The position numbers and the translations under genes are program-made. The notes below the pieces were generated by a model that was given only the letters and a program-made list of their open reading frames with translations, had not been told where the DNA came from and ran no database searches. Below are positions 1 through 9,833 of a stretch of 64,000 nucleotides of DNA, piece after piece (position 1 is the stretch's first letter; the number at the start of each line of letters is the position of its first letter). Origin of the DNA: an uncultured Gemmatimonadales bacterium (lineage in GTDB: Bacteria; Gemmatimonadota; Gemmatimonadetes; Gemmatimonadales; GWC2-71-9); the NCBI GenBank assembly GCA_963739455.1, contig CAVUAK010000001.1, forward strand, positions 512,001 through 576,000. The letters are read 5' to 3'.

Positions 1-2
1 TC

Positions 3-1301
3 GCCGTGAACCAGGGCGAGATGATCGTGGGCTTGATCGCGACGCTCTGGGTGGGATTCTATGTCCTCGCGCGACGCCGCGGCGCCCTGAGCGCGCGCGC
101 ATGCGTTGGCTATGTGCTCACATATGTTCTCGCGTGCTTCTTCAAGGAAAACGCTGTCATACTTCCCGGGTTGCTGATCGCGGCTGAGCTCACGCTGGTG
201 AGTGACCCTCGGCCTGTCCGGGTACGGGTCGATGGCATACGCCCCCTGATCCTCGCACTGATCGCTACGGGGCTTGTCTTCCTCAGCGTGCGATCGATCG
301 TGCTAAACAATGTCGTGGGCACCTTCACCGCCGAGGCACTGCAGGGCCTGTCGGTGGGTCAGCGCGGCATGACGATGATTGGGATCGTGCCCGAGTGGGT
401 ACGGCTGCTCGCTTGGCCGGCACACTTGCAGGCCGACTACTCGCCGCAAGAAACGAGCGGAGCTACCAACTGGGGACTGGCACAGACTCTGGGGCTCATA
501 TTGCTGACAGGGTCGATATGCGGCGCCGTCGCGGCGCGTCGGATCGCACCGGTTGCGACCTTCGGATTGCTCTGGACAGCCATCGCACTCTTTCCAGTGA
601 GCAACGTCCTGGTGCCAACGGGGGTCGTTCTCGCCGAGCGAACCCTGTATCTCGCCAGCATTGGCTTTCTGCTCACCACAGGGGCGCTCCTAGCCTTGGC
701 CTTCAACGGCCTATCCCGAGACCGCCCTGCGATTCGCCGAACCGTCCTCGGAGCCCTGACGCTGCTTGTCTTAGCAGGGATGGTCGCAAGCGCAAGGCGC
801 CAGCGAACGTGGGCAACACCGCATACGCATGCTTTGACGCTCTTGTTAGACGCCCCCCTGAGCTACCGTGCACACCATGGCATCGCAGGATTGCTCTGGG
901 CAGACCGACAGTATGAGGCCTCCGAGCGGGAGTACCGCCGCGCGCTGGAGCTATACCCTGGCGGGTTTACGGTCGCCCGGGACTTGGCCGATCACCTGCG
1001 GCTCCAGGCCAGGTGTGGCGATGCGATTCCGCTGTACCAGCAAGCGCTTCGCAATGCCCCCGCACTCACTGAAATCCGCTCTTCGTACATCGCGTGCCTG
1101 ATGTATGAGGGTCGATATGAAGTGGCACGCTCGCAGGCCCGGATAGGACTCGCCGTGGACGGTGGCGGAGCCGATTCGCTCAACCTGAGGAACTTCAAGG
1201 CAGCTGCAGAGCGTGCCATCATCGAGAAGCCAGCGCCTGGCACGGTGCGCCTGACTGTACAGCAAAAGGCCCACGATTCCGTCGCACAGGACGGAGAATG
1301 A
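3..1301 (+). CDS. TMTC-like (DUF1736 + TPR) GT-C membrane glycosyltransferase, 5'-partial
   Basis: Frame is open to the window edge; multiple TM helices; KENAV, ADYS and AERTLYLASIG motifs typical of TMTC-family mannosyltransferases; C-terminal TPR-like helices; ATGA overlap with next gene. Confidence 0.75.
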   Translation, partial: AVNQGEMIVGLIATLWVGFYVLARRRGALSARACVGYVLTYVLACFFKENAVILPGLLIAAELTLVSDPRPVRVRVDGIRPLILALIATGLVFLSVRSIVLNNVVGTFTAEALQGLSVGQRGMTMIGIVPEWVRLLAWPAHLQADYSPQETSGATNWGLAQTLGLILLTGSICGAVAARRIAPVATFGLLWTAIALFPVSNVLVPTGVVLAERTLYLASIGFLLTTGALLALAFNGLSRDRPAIRRTVLGALTLLVLAGMVASARRQRTWATPHTHALTLLLDAPLSYRAHHGIAGLLWADRQYEASEREYRRALELYPGGFTVARDLADHLRLQARCGDAIPLYQQALRNAPALTEIRSSYIACLMYEGRYEVARSQARIGLAVDGGGADSLNLRNFKAAAERAIIEKPAPGTVRLTVQQKAHDSVAQDGE

Positions 1302-2920
1302 CACTACTCGGGGCGATACTTCTTGCGCTGCTGGCGATCGTGGTACTCCGCTGGCGGTCTGCACCTGCGTTTCTCACAGCATCGCGGAACCTGCAGGCGA
1401 TCGTGCCGCTCGCAATCGCCGCTGCCGCCATCGGGATCACATGGAATGCCTGGGGCTCGCTTGACCCGCTCGCCACGGTCAGCGACGAGGCAGCCTATGT
1501 CCTGCAGGCCAAGCTGCTGGCCCAGGGACACATTGCCGGCGATGCGCCTCCCATCGGAGAGTTCTTTGAGCAGGCGCATGTCCTCGTCACGCCTCGGTTG
1601 GCACCCAAGTATCCGATCGGGTTCGGACTGGCGCTGGCGCCTGGCGTCCTCCTTGGGGCGCCGGCGCTCATCCCGCTCCTGCTGACGGGCCTCTCCGGCG
1701 CGCTGGTCTTCCTGCTGTGTCGCAGGATCTGGAGTGGCTCCGTCGCAGTACTTGCTGCCGCCATATGGCTCGCAGGCCCTGGCGGGCGCTTCCGCGCGGG
1801 CTACTTCAGCGAGACGCTCAGCGGTGCGATGTGCCTGCTCGCGTGGTACGCCCTGCTGCGCTGGCGCGCCGAGAGAACAAGTTCGTGGCTCGTAACTGTC
1901 GCGGCCGCCATCGCGATGGCGGCGATCACCCGACCACTGACGGCGTTAGTCTTTGCGTTGCCCATCGCCTTCGTGACAATGCGTGACGTCGTTCGATTGC
2001 GCACTTGGCGGCCAGCAGGTGCGGCGGCCGCGGTGGCATTCCTGGTCCTGGCCGCACTGCCGATACAGGACGCCGCGACCGGTGGACCGTGGTGGCAACT
2101 CACGTACGGCCGGTATACACGCGCATATCTCCCATTCGATCGCATGGGACTCGGTCTCGACAGTACACCGCCTGCGCGGACGCGGCCGCCGGATCTCGAG
2201 CGCCTGGCGCGGGCCTATTCAGCGGTCCACCGCGACTACACCGCCTCGCGCGTAGCGCCAGCCCTGGTTGCACGCTTCGAGGCATATCTCTCCGATCTGG
2301 CGGGAGAATGGGTCCTCTCCGCCTTTGTGCTCCTCATCGCCGGCGTGGTGACTGGACCTGCCGCCCTGCGCTTCGGTGCAGGCACTGTTGTACTCCTGTT
2401 CCTCGCGCATCTGCCCTACGCGCACCCCCCGGAATGGAGCCTCTACTATTCGGAGGCACTACCGGTTGGGGCGGCCGCGATCGCCGCCGGGGTTGCGGTG
2501 ATCGCGTCATGGGTCGCGGCGCGGCTCTCAGTCGACCGGCCGACCGAGCGCACGGCCTTGCTACTCCTGATCGTAAGCGCGGCAGCTATGTGGCCCCTGC
2601 CGGAGCGCATTTCCGCAACACGGCTGACCCTGGAAGTGTCGCGCGAGCCCCTGCTCCGTTTCCAGGCAGCTGCCGTAGGCGTCCAGACGCCGGCGGTGAT
2701 TTTTGTACGGTATGCGCCGGGCCATCGAATGCACCGCAGCATCATTCAGAATCCATCCAACTACGGCATGGCGCCAGTGTGGACGGTATACGACCGCGGC
2801 GACGACAACGTCCGGCTCCTCGCCGTGGCGGGCGGGCGCAATGCATACCTGTATGACGAGCGGTGGGAAAGGGTCATTCGACTTGATTCGACTGCTTCCC
2901 GTAGCACAGACGCGCCGTGA
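1298..2920 (+). CDS. GT-C fold glycosyltransferase (ArnT/PMT-like)
   Basis: SDEAAY acidic motif after the N-terminal TMs, many TM helices, soluble C-terminal domain; coupled to both neighbours by 4-nt overlaps. Confidence 0.7.
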   Translation: MTLLGAILLALLAIVVLRWRSAPAFLTASRNLQAIVPLAIAAAAIGITWNAWGSLDPLATVSDEAAYVLQAKLLAQGHIAGDAPPIGEFFEQAHVLVTPRLAPKYPIGFGLALAPGVLLGAPALIPLLLTGLSGALVFLLCRRIWSGSVAVLAAAIWLAGPGGRFRAGYFSETLSGAMCLLAWYALLRWRAERTSSWLVTVAAAIAMAAITRPLTALVFALPIAFVTMRDVVRLRTWRPAGAAAAVAFLVLAALPIQDAATGGPWWQLTYGRYTRAYLPFDRMGLGLDSTPPARTRPPDLERLARAYSAVHRDYTASRVAPALVARFEAYLSDLAGEWVLSAFVLLIAGVVTGPAALRFGAGTVVLLFLAHLPYAHPPEWSLYYSEALPVGAAAIAAGVAVIASWVAARLSVDRPTERTALLLLIVSAAAMWPLPERISATRLTLEVSREPLLRFQAAAVGVQTPAVIFVRYAPGHRMHRSIIQNPSNYGMAPVWTVYDRGDDNVRLLAVAGGRNAYLYDERWERVIRLDSTASRSTDAP

Positions 2921-4554
2921 CGTGGCGCGCGTCGACGAGTGTGGGTCCCTGCCTGCCCTGGGCTGCCAGCATATTGGCCGTCGTTGTCGCGGTGACCAGC
3001 CTCCACAACGGCTTTGCCTACGACGATCTGCTGGTAATAGTGGACAACACGCGCGTTACCACCCTTTCTCCACCCTGGGTGTACCTCGGGCAGTCGTACT
3101 GGCCGGGTGGTGGCCTCTACCGTCCGTTGGCGGTCTGGCTTCTCGCAGTCCTGTGGCACCTCGGCGGCGGCTCCGCCTGGCTATTCCACGCCGTGAATAT
3201 CGGCCTCCACGCTTTGGTCACCTGGCTCGTGTACCTGCTTGCCCGCCGCACCCTTCCGCAGGCGTGGGCCGGCTTCGCCGCCATGCTGTTCGCGGTGCAC
3301 CCTGTGCACGTGGAAGCGGTGGCGAATGTTGTCGGCATGTCGGAACTGCTGTGTACCGGGCTAGTTCTCGGCGCGGTCCTCCTAGCCCAGCGCGGCATGA
3401 GGAGCGGATTTACGGCCGGGCTCCGGCTTGGTGTGATTGGACTCGCCACGCTCGCAGCACTCAGCAAGGAACAGGGGTTCGTGACACCGGCTCTATTGCT
3501 GCTCACTGCTGGGCTGCTGGGACCCGGCCCCGGCGCGAGTACCGTCAGGCGGGTTGCCCCCGTAGTGGGCGCACTCATTGTGCTGCTACTGGCCCTCATG
3601 TTGCCGCGCGCCGCAGTGCTTGGCGGGTTCACGGGCCATGACCCGGTAGCGCCACTACAAGGCCTGACACCATGGGCACGCGTACTGGTCTCACTTGGAA
3701 CGGTGCCCGAGTGGGTGCGATTGCTCATCTGGCCCGCGAGGCTCAGCTTCGACTACTCTCCACCGGGCTTCTTGGTCGCCTCCACCATCAGTGCAATTCA
3801 CCTCCTTGCTGGCTTGATCCTGATGGCCTGTTTTGCACTAGCGTGGGCATGTCGCGAGCGCGCCCCCACGGTCACGCTCGGCATTGCTTGGGCAGCTATC
3901 GCACTGCTGCCGATCAGCAACCTGATCCTACCGACCGGCGTGCTGCTTGCGGAGCGAACCCTTTACCTGGCGAGTGTGGGCGCGGTACTGGCGATCGCTG
4001 GCGTGGGTGACCTGGTATGGCGCCAGTGGCCCTCGGGCGCCGTCCGCCTGGTCCTGGTGACGGCAACGGTGGCAGCAGTGCTCGCGTCGGCCGGTTGGAG
4101 TGCCGCGCGTGCCGGGATTTGGCGCGACAACGAGGCCCTGTTCTCTCAAGTCGACGTCGAGGCTACCAACAGCTATCGTGCTCATCGCCTGCGCGCAACG
4201 CACCTGGATCGACAGGGTCGGCTCGAGGAGGCTGAGCGTGAGTACCGGCGATCAATCGCGCTCTGGGGCCACGACCCGAAGGCATTCGAGGACCTCGCGA
4301 TTCTCTTACAGAGGCAGGCTCGTGATGAGGAGGCGGCTGAGGTGTTGCTAGCCGGTCTTGAGGTCGCTCCAACAGCCCCGGTCATGCGGAGCAAGCTCTA
4401 TCATATCGAGGCCAAGCGTCAGGATTGGCAACGCGCTCGCGCGACGGCTGCTCTCGGCGTCTCCCTGGGTGACACTATGTTCGCACAACTCGTGCGCCGC
4501 GCTGACAGCGCGCTCGCTGCATCCGACCTCTCCTCAACTCCCGCTGGACGCTAA
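2917..4554 (+). CDS. TMTC-like (DUF1736 + TPR) GT-C glycosyltransferase
   Basis: NGFAYDD, HPVHVEAVANVVG, SKEQG, FDYS and AERTLYLAS motifs, C-terminal TPRs; paralogous to 3..1301. Confidence 0.8.
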   Translation: MTWRASTSVGPCLPWAASILAVVVAVTSLHNGFAYDDLLVIVDNTRVTTLSPPWVYLGQSYWPGGGLYRPLAVWLLAVLWHLGGGSAWLFHAVNIGLHALVTWLVYLLARRTLPQAWAGFAAMLFAVHPVHVEAVANVVGMSELLCTGLVLGAVLLAQRGMRSGFTAGLRLGVIGLATLAALSKEQGFVTPALLLLTAGLLGPGPGASTVRRVAPVVGALIVLLLALMLPRAAVLGGFTGHDPVAPLQGLTPWARVLVSLGTVPEWVRLLIWPARLSFDYSPPGFLVASTISAIHLLAGLILMACFALAWACRERAPTVTLGIAWAAIALLPISNLILPTGVLLAERTLYLASVGAVLAIAGVGDLVWRQWPSGAVRLVLVTATVAAVLASAGWSAARAGIWRDNEALFSQVDVEATNSYRAHRLRATHLDRQGRLEEAEREYRRSIALWGHDPKAFEDLAILLQRQARDEEAAEVLLAGLEVAPTAPVMRSKLYHIEAKRQDWQRARATAALGVSLGDTMFAQLVRRADSALAASDLSSTPAGR

Positions 4555-5744
4555 TGCCAACGAGGAATGATGTGGTTCGGGCCCCGGTGCCCATAGAGCT
4601 CACGGTGGTCGTTCCGTGCCTCAACGAAGTGGCAACCGTGGGTCGCTGCGTCGACAAGGCGGTGCGCTCTATGCGGGAGCATGGGATTAGCGGCGAGGTA
4701 ATCGTCGCGGACAACGGTAGCAGCGATGGTTCGCAGGATGCCGCAGAAGCGGCTGGCGGACGCGTAGTCGTCGTGGAGGCCCGCGGCTATGGCAACGCGC
4801 TCGCTGGCGGGATCGCCGCCGCGCGCGGCCGCTTTGTGCTCATGGGTGACGCCGATGACAGCTACGACTTCACCGAGCTCCCACGGTTCGTGGTGCCCCT
4901 GCGAGACGGCGTAGACTTGGTGCAGGGTTGTCGGTTGCCCTCTGGCGGGGGCACCATACGGCCCGGCGCAATGCCATTCCTGCACCGTGTCTGGGGCAAC
5001 CCGATGTTCTCGTGGCTCGCCCGCCGGTGGTTCGGGGTCCCGATCCACGACATCTACTGCGGCATGCGCGCCTTTCGCTCCGGCCTCCCCGGTGATCTCG
5101 ACCTTCGTTGCACCGGCATGGAGTACGCCACGGAGATGATCATCAAGGCAACCCTGTCCGGCGCGCGTATCGGTCAGGTGCCCATTACGCTATGGCCCGA
5201 CGGTCGGGGCGACCAGCGCCCGCACCTTCGCACCTTCCGTGATGGGTGGCGTACGCTTCGCTTCTTCCTGGCACTCAGTCCGCGCTGGCTGTTCCTGGTG
5301 CCAGGTGTCGTGATCATGCTGATCGGTGCAACGGCCGCCGCGGTAGCGCTGCCGGGACTTCGGGTGGGCCGTGTCCACTTCGACGTGCACACTCTTCTCG
5401 TCGGCGGGCTGATGATCGTCTGTGGCTACCAAGCGGTGGTGTTCGCTTTCCTGACCAAGATCTTTGCCATCACTGAGGGGTTGCTGCCCGAAGACCCGCG
5501 CATGAATCAGCTGTATGAGGTCTTCAACCTTGAGCGCGGCATCGTGGCCGGCGTTGCCGCGACGACCGTCGGAGCCGGACTCATTGCGGTTGCAGTCGGC
5601 CAGTGGATCGCGCGCGACCTCGGTGCGCTGGACTATGCCCAGACCATGCGCTGGGTCATTCCGGGCACCATCCTCGTTACCCTCGGAGTCCAGACCGTGC
5701 TGTCGAGTTTTTTCTTCAGTATCCTGGGACTGCGACGCCGATGA
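4554..5744 (+). CDS. GT2 polyprenyl-phosphate glycosyltransferase (Dol-P-Man synthase-like) with C-terminal TM domain
   Basis: VVVPCLNE, ADNGSSDGS, RGYGNAL, MGDADDSYD, DIYCGMRAF motifs; about four C-terminal TMs. Confidence 0.88.
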   Translation: MPTRNDVVRAPVPIELTVVVPCLNEVATVGRCVDKAVRSMREHGISGEVIVADNGSSDGSQDAAEAAGGRVVVVEARGYGNALAGGIAAARGRFVLMGDADDSYDFTELPRFVVPLRDGVDLVQGCRLPSGGGTIRPGAMPFLHRVWGNPMFSWLARRWFGVPIHDIYCGMRAFRSGLPGDLDLRCTGMEYATEMIIKATLSGARIGQVPITLWPDGRGDQRPHLRTFRDGWRTLRFFLALSPRWLFLVPGVVIMLIGATAAAVALPGLRVGRVHFDVHTLLVGGLMIVCGYQAVVFAFLTKIFAITEGLLPEDPRMNQLYEVFNLERGIVAGVAATTVGAGLIAVAVGQWIARDLGALDYAQTMRWVIPGTILVTLGVQTVLSSFFFSILGLRRR

Positions 5745-6361
5745 GCCTGGTCGGCGGTCTGCACACGCGCCTCGTCTTTCCACGGCGCATTCGAAAGCTG
5801 GCGGCCCACATCGCCCCGCTCTTGCCACGCGACGCGTCCATACTGGATGTTGGCTGCGGCGACGGCATGCTCGGACGCACCATACGCCGCGAACGGCCCG
5901 ATTTGGCGCTGACGGGTGTGGACGTACTCGTTCGGCCCAGGACCTATATCCCGGTTCGAGAGTTCGACGGTCTTACCCTGCCTGCGGAGGGCATGTCCGT
6001 TGACGTCATTCTGCTGGTGGACGTACTACACCATGCCGTCGACCCTGTGCGTCTGCTTCTGGAGGCGGCGCGCGTGGCGCGCCAGGCGATCGTCATCAAG
6101 GATCACGTACAGGCGAGCTGGCTGGATCGCCAAACCCTGCGGGTCATGGACTGGACGGGAAATGCAGCACACGGCGTGGCACTGCCGTACAATTACTGGA
6201 CCGCGAAGGAGTGGACTTTGGCGCTGCAACGCATCGGAGCCGCCATTGAGACCTGGAACACGGACCTTGGCCTGTATCCCTGGCCCGCATCTGCAATCTT
6301 CGATCGTTCCCTCCATTTCCTGGCACGAATAGGCGCAGGTCGTGCCGTTCGCCCTACCTGA
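5741..6361 (+). CDS. Class I SAM-dependent methyltransferase
   Basis: ILDVGCGDG and DVLHH motifs; start set at the ATG overlapping the upstream stop (ATGA 5741-5744). Confidence 0.85.
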   Translation: MSLVGGLHTRLVFPRRIRKLAAHIAPLLPRDASILDVGCGDGMLGRTIRRERPDLALTGVDVLVRPRTYIPVREFDGLTLPAEGMSVDVILLVDVLHHAVDPVRLLLEAARVARQAIVIKDHVQASWLDRQTLRVMDWTGNAAHGVALPYNYWTAKEWTLALQRIGAAIETWNTDLGLYPWPASAIFDRSLHFLARIGAGRAVRPT

Positions 6362-8390
6362 GGACGCCGCCCTCGGCCTGGTCGCCGGCCAAGGCCATCA
6401 TGGAATCCCGGCTCACCCGCTGAAAGACTGGAACACTCAATAGCGTAGAGGACGCCGGACGCAGCAGGTACACCGGGCGGTCTGGCTCAAGCGCCAGCAA
6501 TAGCGCATTCCGCTCATGGAGATCGCGCACGAAGATGTTCCTTCCGCGCGTGAGCAGCAGAGGTGGGAAGATCGTGAAGCCTTCGCGATCCTCCTCGATG
6601 CGCCGGATGCACTCGGGGGGATACGCCGAGCCCACCTGATGAAGCTCGGTCGTGTCAGGCGAATATGGCGATCTCTCCAGGCGCGCCGAATCAGCCATCA
6701 TTAGCCGCAATTCAGCTCCGATAGCCGGGCCGGTCGGTCGACTGGATGGCATCATTCGCTCGAAGTGCCCGATCGCCTGGTCGAGCCGACAGATATCGGT
6801 CTTTCGATAGAGCTGCTCCGTCTCGCCCTTGGGCACTCCCAAGGCCCATGTTCGGGTAATCACCTGTGCTCCCCAACTTTCGCGCACGAAAACGATTGCT
6901 CCCTCGACCCCCGACGCGGCCGCCGCGCTGTCAGCATCCCATCGAAGCGTGGTGAAGCTGTTCGCGTAACTCCGAGCCCGAAGCGGAATGTTTACCGCAA
7001 CAGCGAGGAGAAGCGCCACAGCGGCACCGTACACTGAAGTCCAGTAGGCGGTACCTGCGCCGAACCTGTCCTCAAGAACAGAGGGCAGGCGCGCTGTCCA
7101 GAGCGCCAGCATGGGGAGCAAGGGATAGAAGAAGCGTGGGCCGAGAAACAACCCGTCATGCCAATAGGCGAAGTACAGAACCACAAGGAGCGCGGCCGAC
7201 GCCAACAAATAGAGGTTTCCCGGGGGCAGCTTCCGCACGAGCGCCAGCGAGAGAAATGCCGGCAGCAGCGACGGCACCGATATCTCAAAGAGAAAAGTTT
7301 GCAAGCGGAGAAAGTACTTATTGATAAGTACGAGGCCATCGAGTGGGGTATGCCGTTCTCCCCACGGTGACCCCTGGAACCCGAGTCCTACGTGGGGTCC
7401 CCACAGCACCTCATAGCCGAATCGGAAGGCCGAGCCAGTGGTCGCGGCCTGGAGCGCAAAGAGCAGCGACAACGGGATCGCCACTCCAATACCCGCCGCC
7501 AGGAGGTCAACGACCCGGGAACGGTCCTTCAGAGCCCTAAGCAGATACCAGCAGGCAGCCGGCAACGCAAACGCAACCGCATCCAGGGGTCGGATGGTCG
7601 CGGCCATGCCGAACCCCAGGCCCCCGGCAAGGGCCACACCGGGTCGACGCGTGGGCGAGAGCAGGGCATTGACAGTGCCAGCCATGCCGAGCAGCAGGAA
7701 CGTCAGATTGGGCACATGATTCATGTGCGAACCGGCCATGAATGCCGTGAACGGCGCAAACGCAAACAGCAGCAGCGCGAGTACACGCACGGAGGCGCGG
7801 GGTTCGCTCACGCGGAGCAGCCACGCCATGAGCAGTACGGAGAGCACAGCGCATACGGGCCCGCTGATCCAAGGAGCATGCACCAGTTCGCCAAGCGCTA
7901 GGATTGCAGGACCACCGGGAGGGAAGTGGCCGTAGGTCTTTGTCCCGTCGTTCACCATGTTCAGTATGGCGGTGAACTCCGGGTACTGCGGCGTCGGTGC
8001 CCATAGGCGACCGGACGCAAAGATCCGCGCCTGGATTACCTCGACGATCTCGTCGATGATGAGTGGCCGACGGTCGAACGTCAGAGTCGAGACGAGTACA
8101 TAGACCAAGAATGACGAAAACGCGATGGTTGCAACAGCAACCCACCGCGGAGTGTCAGGCCCAAGCCGTAGAATTCCGGCTAGACGCGCACGCCATACGA
8201 GACTGTACGGGCGCAGCAGCACTGCCAGCACGGCCCCGGCCCCAATGACAATTGCGCCGCCAAGGAGCCATTCGGAGAGTGCCGCGTCGAACCACGTTAT
8301 CGACCGGCTACCAGGCAACCAGTTTGAGATGGGAAGGAACCCGAAAACAACGATCACTCCTGCCGCCACACGAGCGGGCCACGCCTTCAT
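6354..8390 (-). CDS. GT-C fold glycosyltransferase (ArnT/PMT-like)
   Basis: IIDEIVEVIQARIF acidic loop, IRPLDA and GPRFFY motifs, many TMs; start MKAWP overlaps upstream stop (ATGA); resembles 1298..2920. Confidence 0.72.
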   Translation of the reverse strand: MKAWPARVAAGVIVVFGFLPISNWLPGSRSITWFDAALSEWLLGGAIVIGAGAVLAVLLRPYSLVWRARLAGILRLGPDTPRWVAVATIAFSSFLVYVLVSTLTFDRRPLIIDEIVEVIQARIFASGRLWAPTPQYPEFTAILNMVNDGTKTYGHFPPGGPAILALGELVHAPWISGPVCAVLSVLLMAWLLRVSEPRASVRVLALLLFAFAPFTAFMAGSHMNHVPNLTFLLLGMAGTVNALLSPTRRPGVALAGGLGFGMAATIRPLDAVAFALPAACWYLLRALKDRSRVVDLLAAGIGVAIPLSLLFALQAATTGSAFRFGYEVLWGPHVGLGFQGSPWGERHTPLDGLVLINKYFLRLQTFLFEISVPSLLPAFLSLALVRKLPPGNLYLLASAALLVVLYFAYWHDGLFLGPRFFYPLLPMLALWTARLPSVLEDRFGAGTAYWTSVYGAAVALLLAVAVNIPLRARSYANSFTTLRWDADSAAAASGVEGAIVFVRESWGAQVITRTWALGVPKGETEQLYRKTDICRLDQAIGHFERMMPSSRPTGPAIGAELRLMMADSARLERSPYSPDTTELHQVGSAYPPECIRRIEEDREGFTIFPPLLLTRGRNIFVRDLHERNALLLALEPDRPVYLLRPASSTLLSVPVFQRVSRDSMMALAGDQAEGGVLR

Positions 8391-9112
8391 TGGGGGAGGC
8401 GGCGCGGCGGTGGAGGAAAAAGGTTGAAGCGGACGATGTGGAAGAAGGCGGCGACGCCATCCTTCCACCCGATCTTCTTGCCTTCCTCGTAGGTGCGGCC
8501 CGGAGTAGGAGATGGGAATCTCCCAGATCCGGGCGCGCGCCTGTGCCAGGCGCGCGGTGACCTCGGGCTCGAACCCGAATCGATCACGTGGTTAGGATGA
8601 GCGACTTCATCACGGGAGCCCGCACCATCTTGTAGCAGGTCTCCATGTCGGTCAGGTTCAGGTTGGTGAACATGTTCGACAGGAGCGTGAGGAGGCGGTT
8701 GCCGACCGAGTGCCAGAAGTAGAGGACCCGGCGCTCGCCACCGGCGAACCGGGAACCGAACACGGCGTCGGCCTTGCCCTCGACGATGGGACCGATGAGG
8801 CGACCGAACTCGTGCGGGTCATACTCGAGGTCGGCATCCTGGACCACGATCACGTCGCCGGTCGCGATCTCGATCCCCTTTCGCAGTGCGGCGCCCTTGC
8901 CCGCGATTGACCGGCTGGTGAAACACGACCTCCACCAGTCCCTCGGCCTTCAACTGATCAAGCAGCTGCGCACTGCCGTCCGTGGAGCAGTCATTGACGC
9001 AGATGATCTCCATCGGCAATGGCACGGCGTGGAGGATGTCGATGATCGTCCGCAGGGTCCTGATTTCGTTGTAGACCGGCACGATGACGGACAGCTTCGG
9101 GAGCTCAGCCAT
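8387..9112 (-). CDS. GT2 glycosyltransferase (DPM/ArnC-like), with apparent frameshifts near 8900, 8587 and 8500
   Basis: Consecutive fragments [47 protein letters not shown] and [15 protein letters not shown] in shifting frames; probably sequencing errors. Confidence 0.85.
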
Positions 9113-9833
9113 CGCGGCGACCTATGGCGATCAGGGACTGGCCGAACGGCAGCGGCAGGAAGCGCTCGCAGGCGCAGCAGCGGCACCATGCTGTCGAAGG
9201 AGCGAAGCTGTGACAGCGGAATGAGCCGGGTTCGCCGCACGCAGGCATTGAACCACCAGCCGAGCGTCCCGACACGATTGAACCAGAAGATCCGCTCGAG
9301 CGTGAGACCAGCGGCCGTGAAACGCCGCAGCCAGCGACGCCCTGGTATAGCGGCGATAGTGACCCAGCTCGACATCCAGCGAGCCGAAGATCGACGGCAA
9401 GGCAGGAACGAGGACCACCACACGCCCAGCGGGTGCCAGCAGCTCGGCCATGCTCCGGAGCGTACCGACGTCGTCCTCGATGTGCTCCACGACATTGAGC
9501 GCGATCGACGGTGTCGAGTCGCAGCGGCCCGAAGCGCCCCGCGGCCGTGACATCAGGCAGCGTCAGGGAATCGACCTGCACCTCGGGACGATCGGCGAAC
9601 CGCGTCCGCAGCTGCTCCTGGTACCAGGCGTCCGTATCGGTCAGCACCAGCAGGTCGCGCCCGCCAGCGAGGATGTGCGCCGACATGTTGCCGATGCCCG
9701 ACCCTACCTCGAGCACCCGTCGGCCCACGTAGGGTGCGATCTGCTCGAATTGCCATGCGTTGTACCGCGGTGCAGCCGACATGATCTCCAGCGTCTCGGC
9801 GCCGGCCACGTCCCCGGGAAGCACTTCGGTCAC
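9105..9833 (-). CDS. Class I SAM-dependent methyltransferase (apparent frameshifts)
   Basis: VLEVGSGIG, ALNVVEHIEDD, GHYRRYT, FWFNRVG and PFGQSLIAIG spread over three frames; GTG start overlaps the regulator stop. Confidence 0.8.
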   Translation of the reverse strand: MTEVLPGDVAGAETLEIMSAAPRYNAWQFEQIAPYVGRRVLEVGSGIGNMSAHILAGGRDLLVLTDTDAWYQEQLRTRFADRPEVQVDSLTLPDVTAAGRFGPLRLDTVDRAQCRGAHRGRRRYAPEHGRAAGTRWACGGPRSCLAVDLRLAGCRAGSLSPLYQGVAGCGVSRPLVSRSSGSSGSIVSGRSAGGSMPACGEPGSFRCHSFAPSTAWCRCCACERFLPLPFGQSLIAIGRRDG

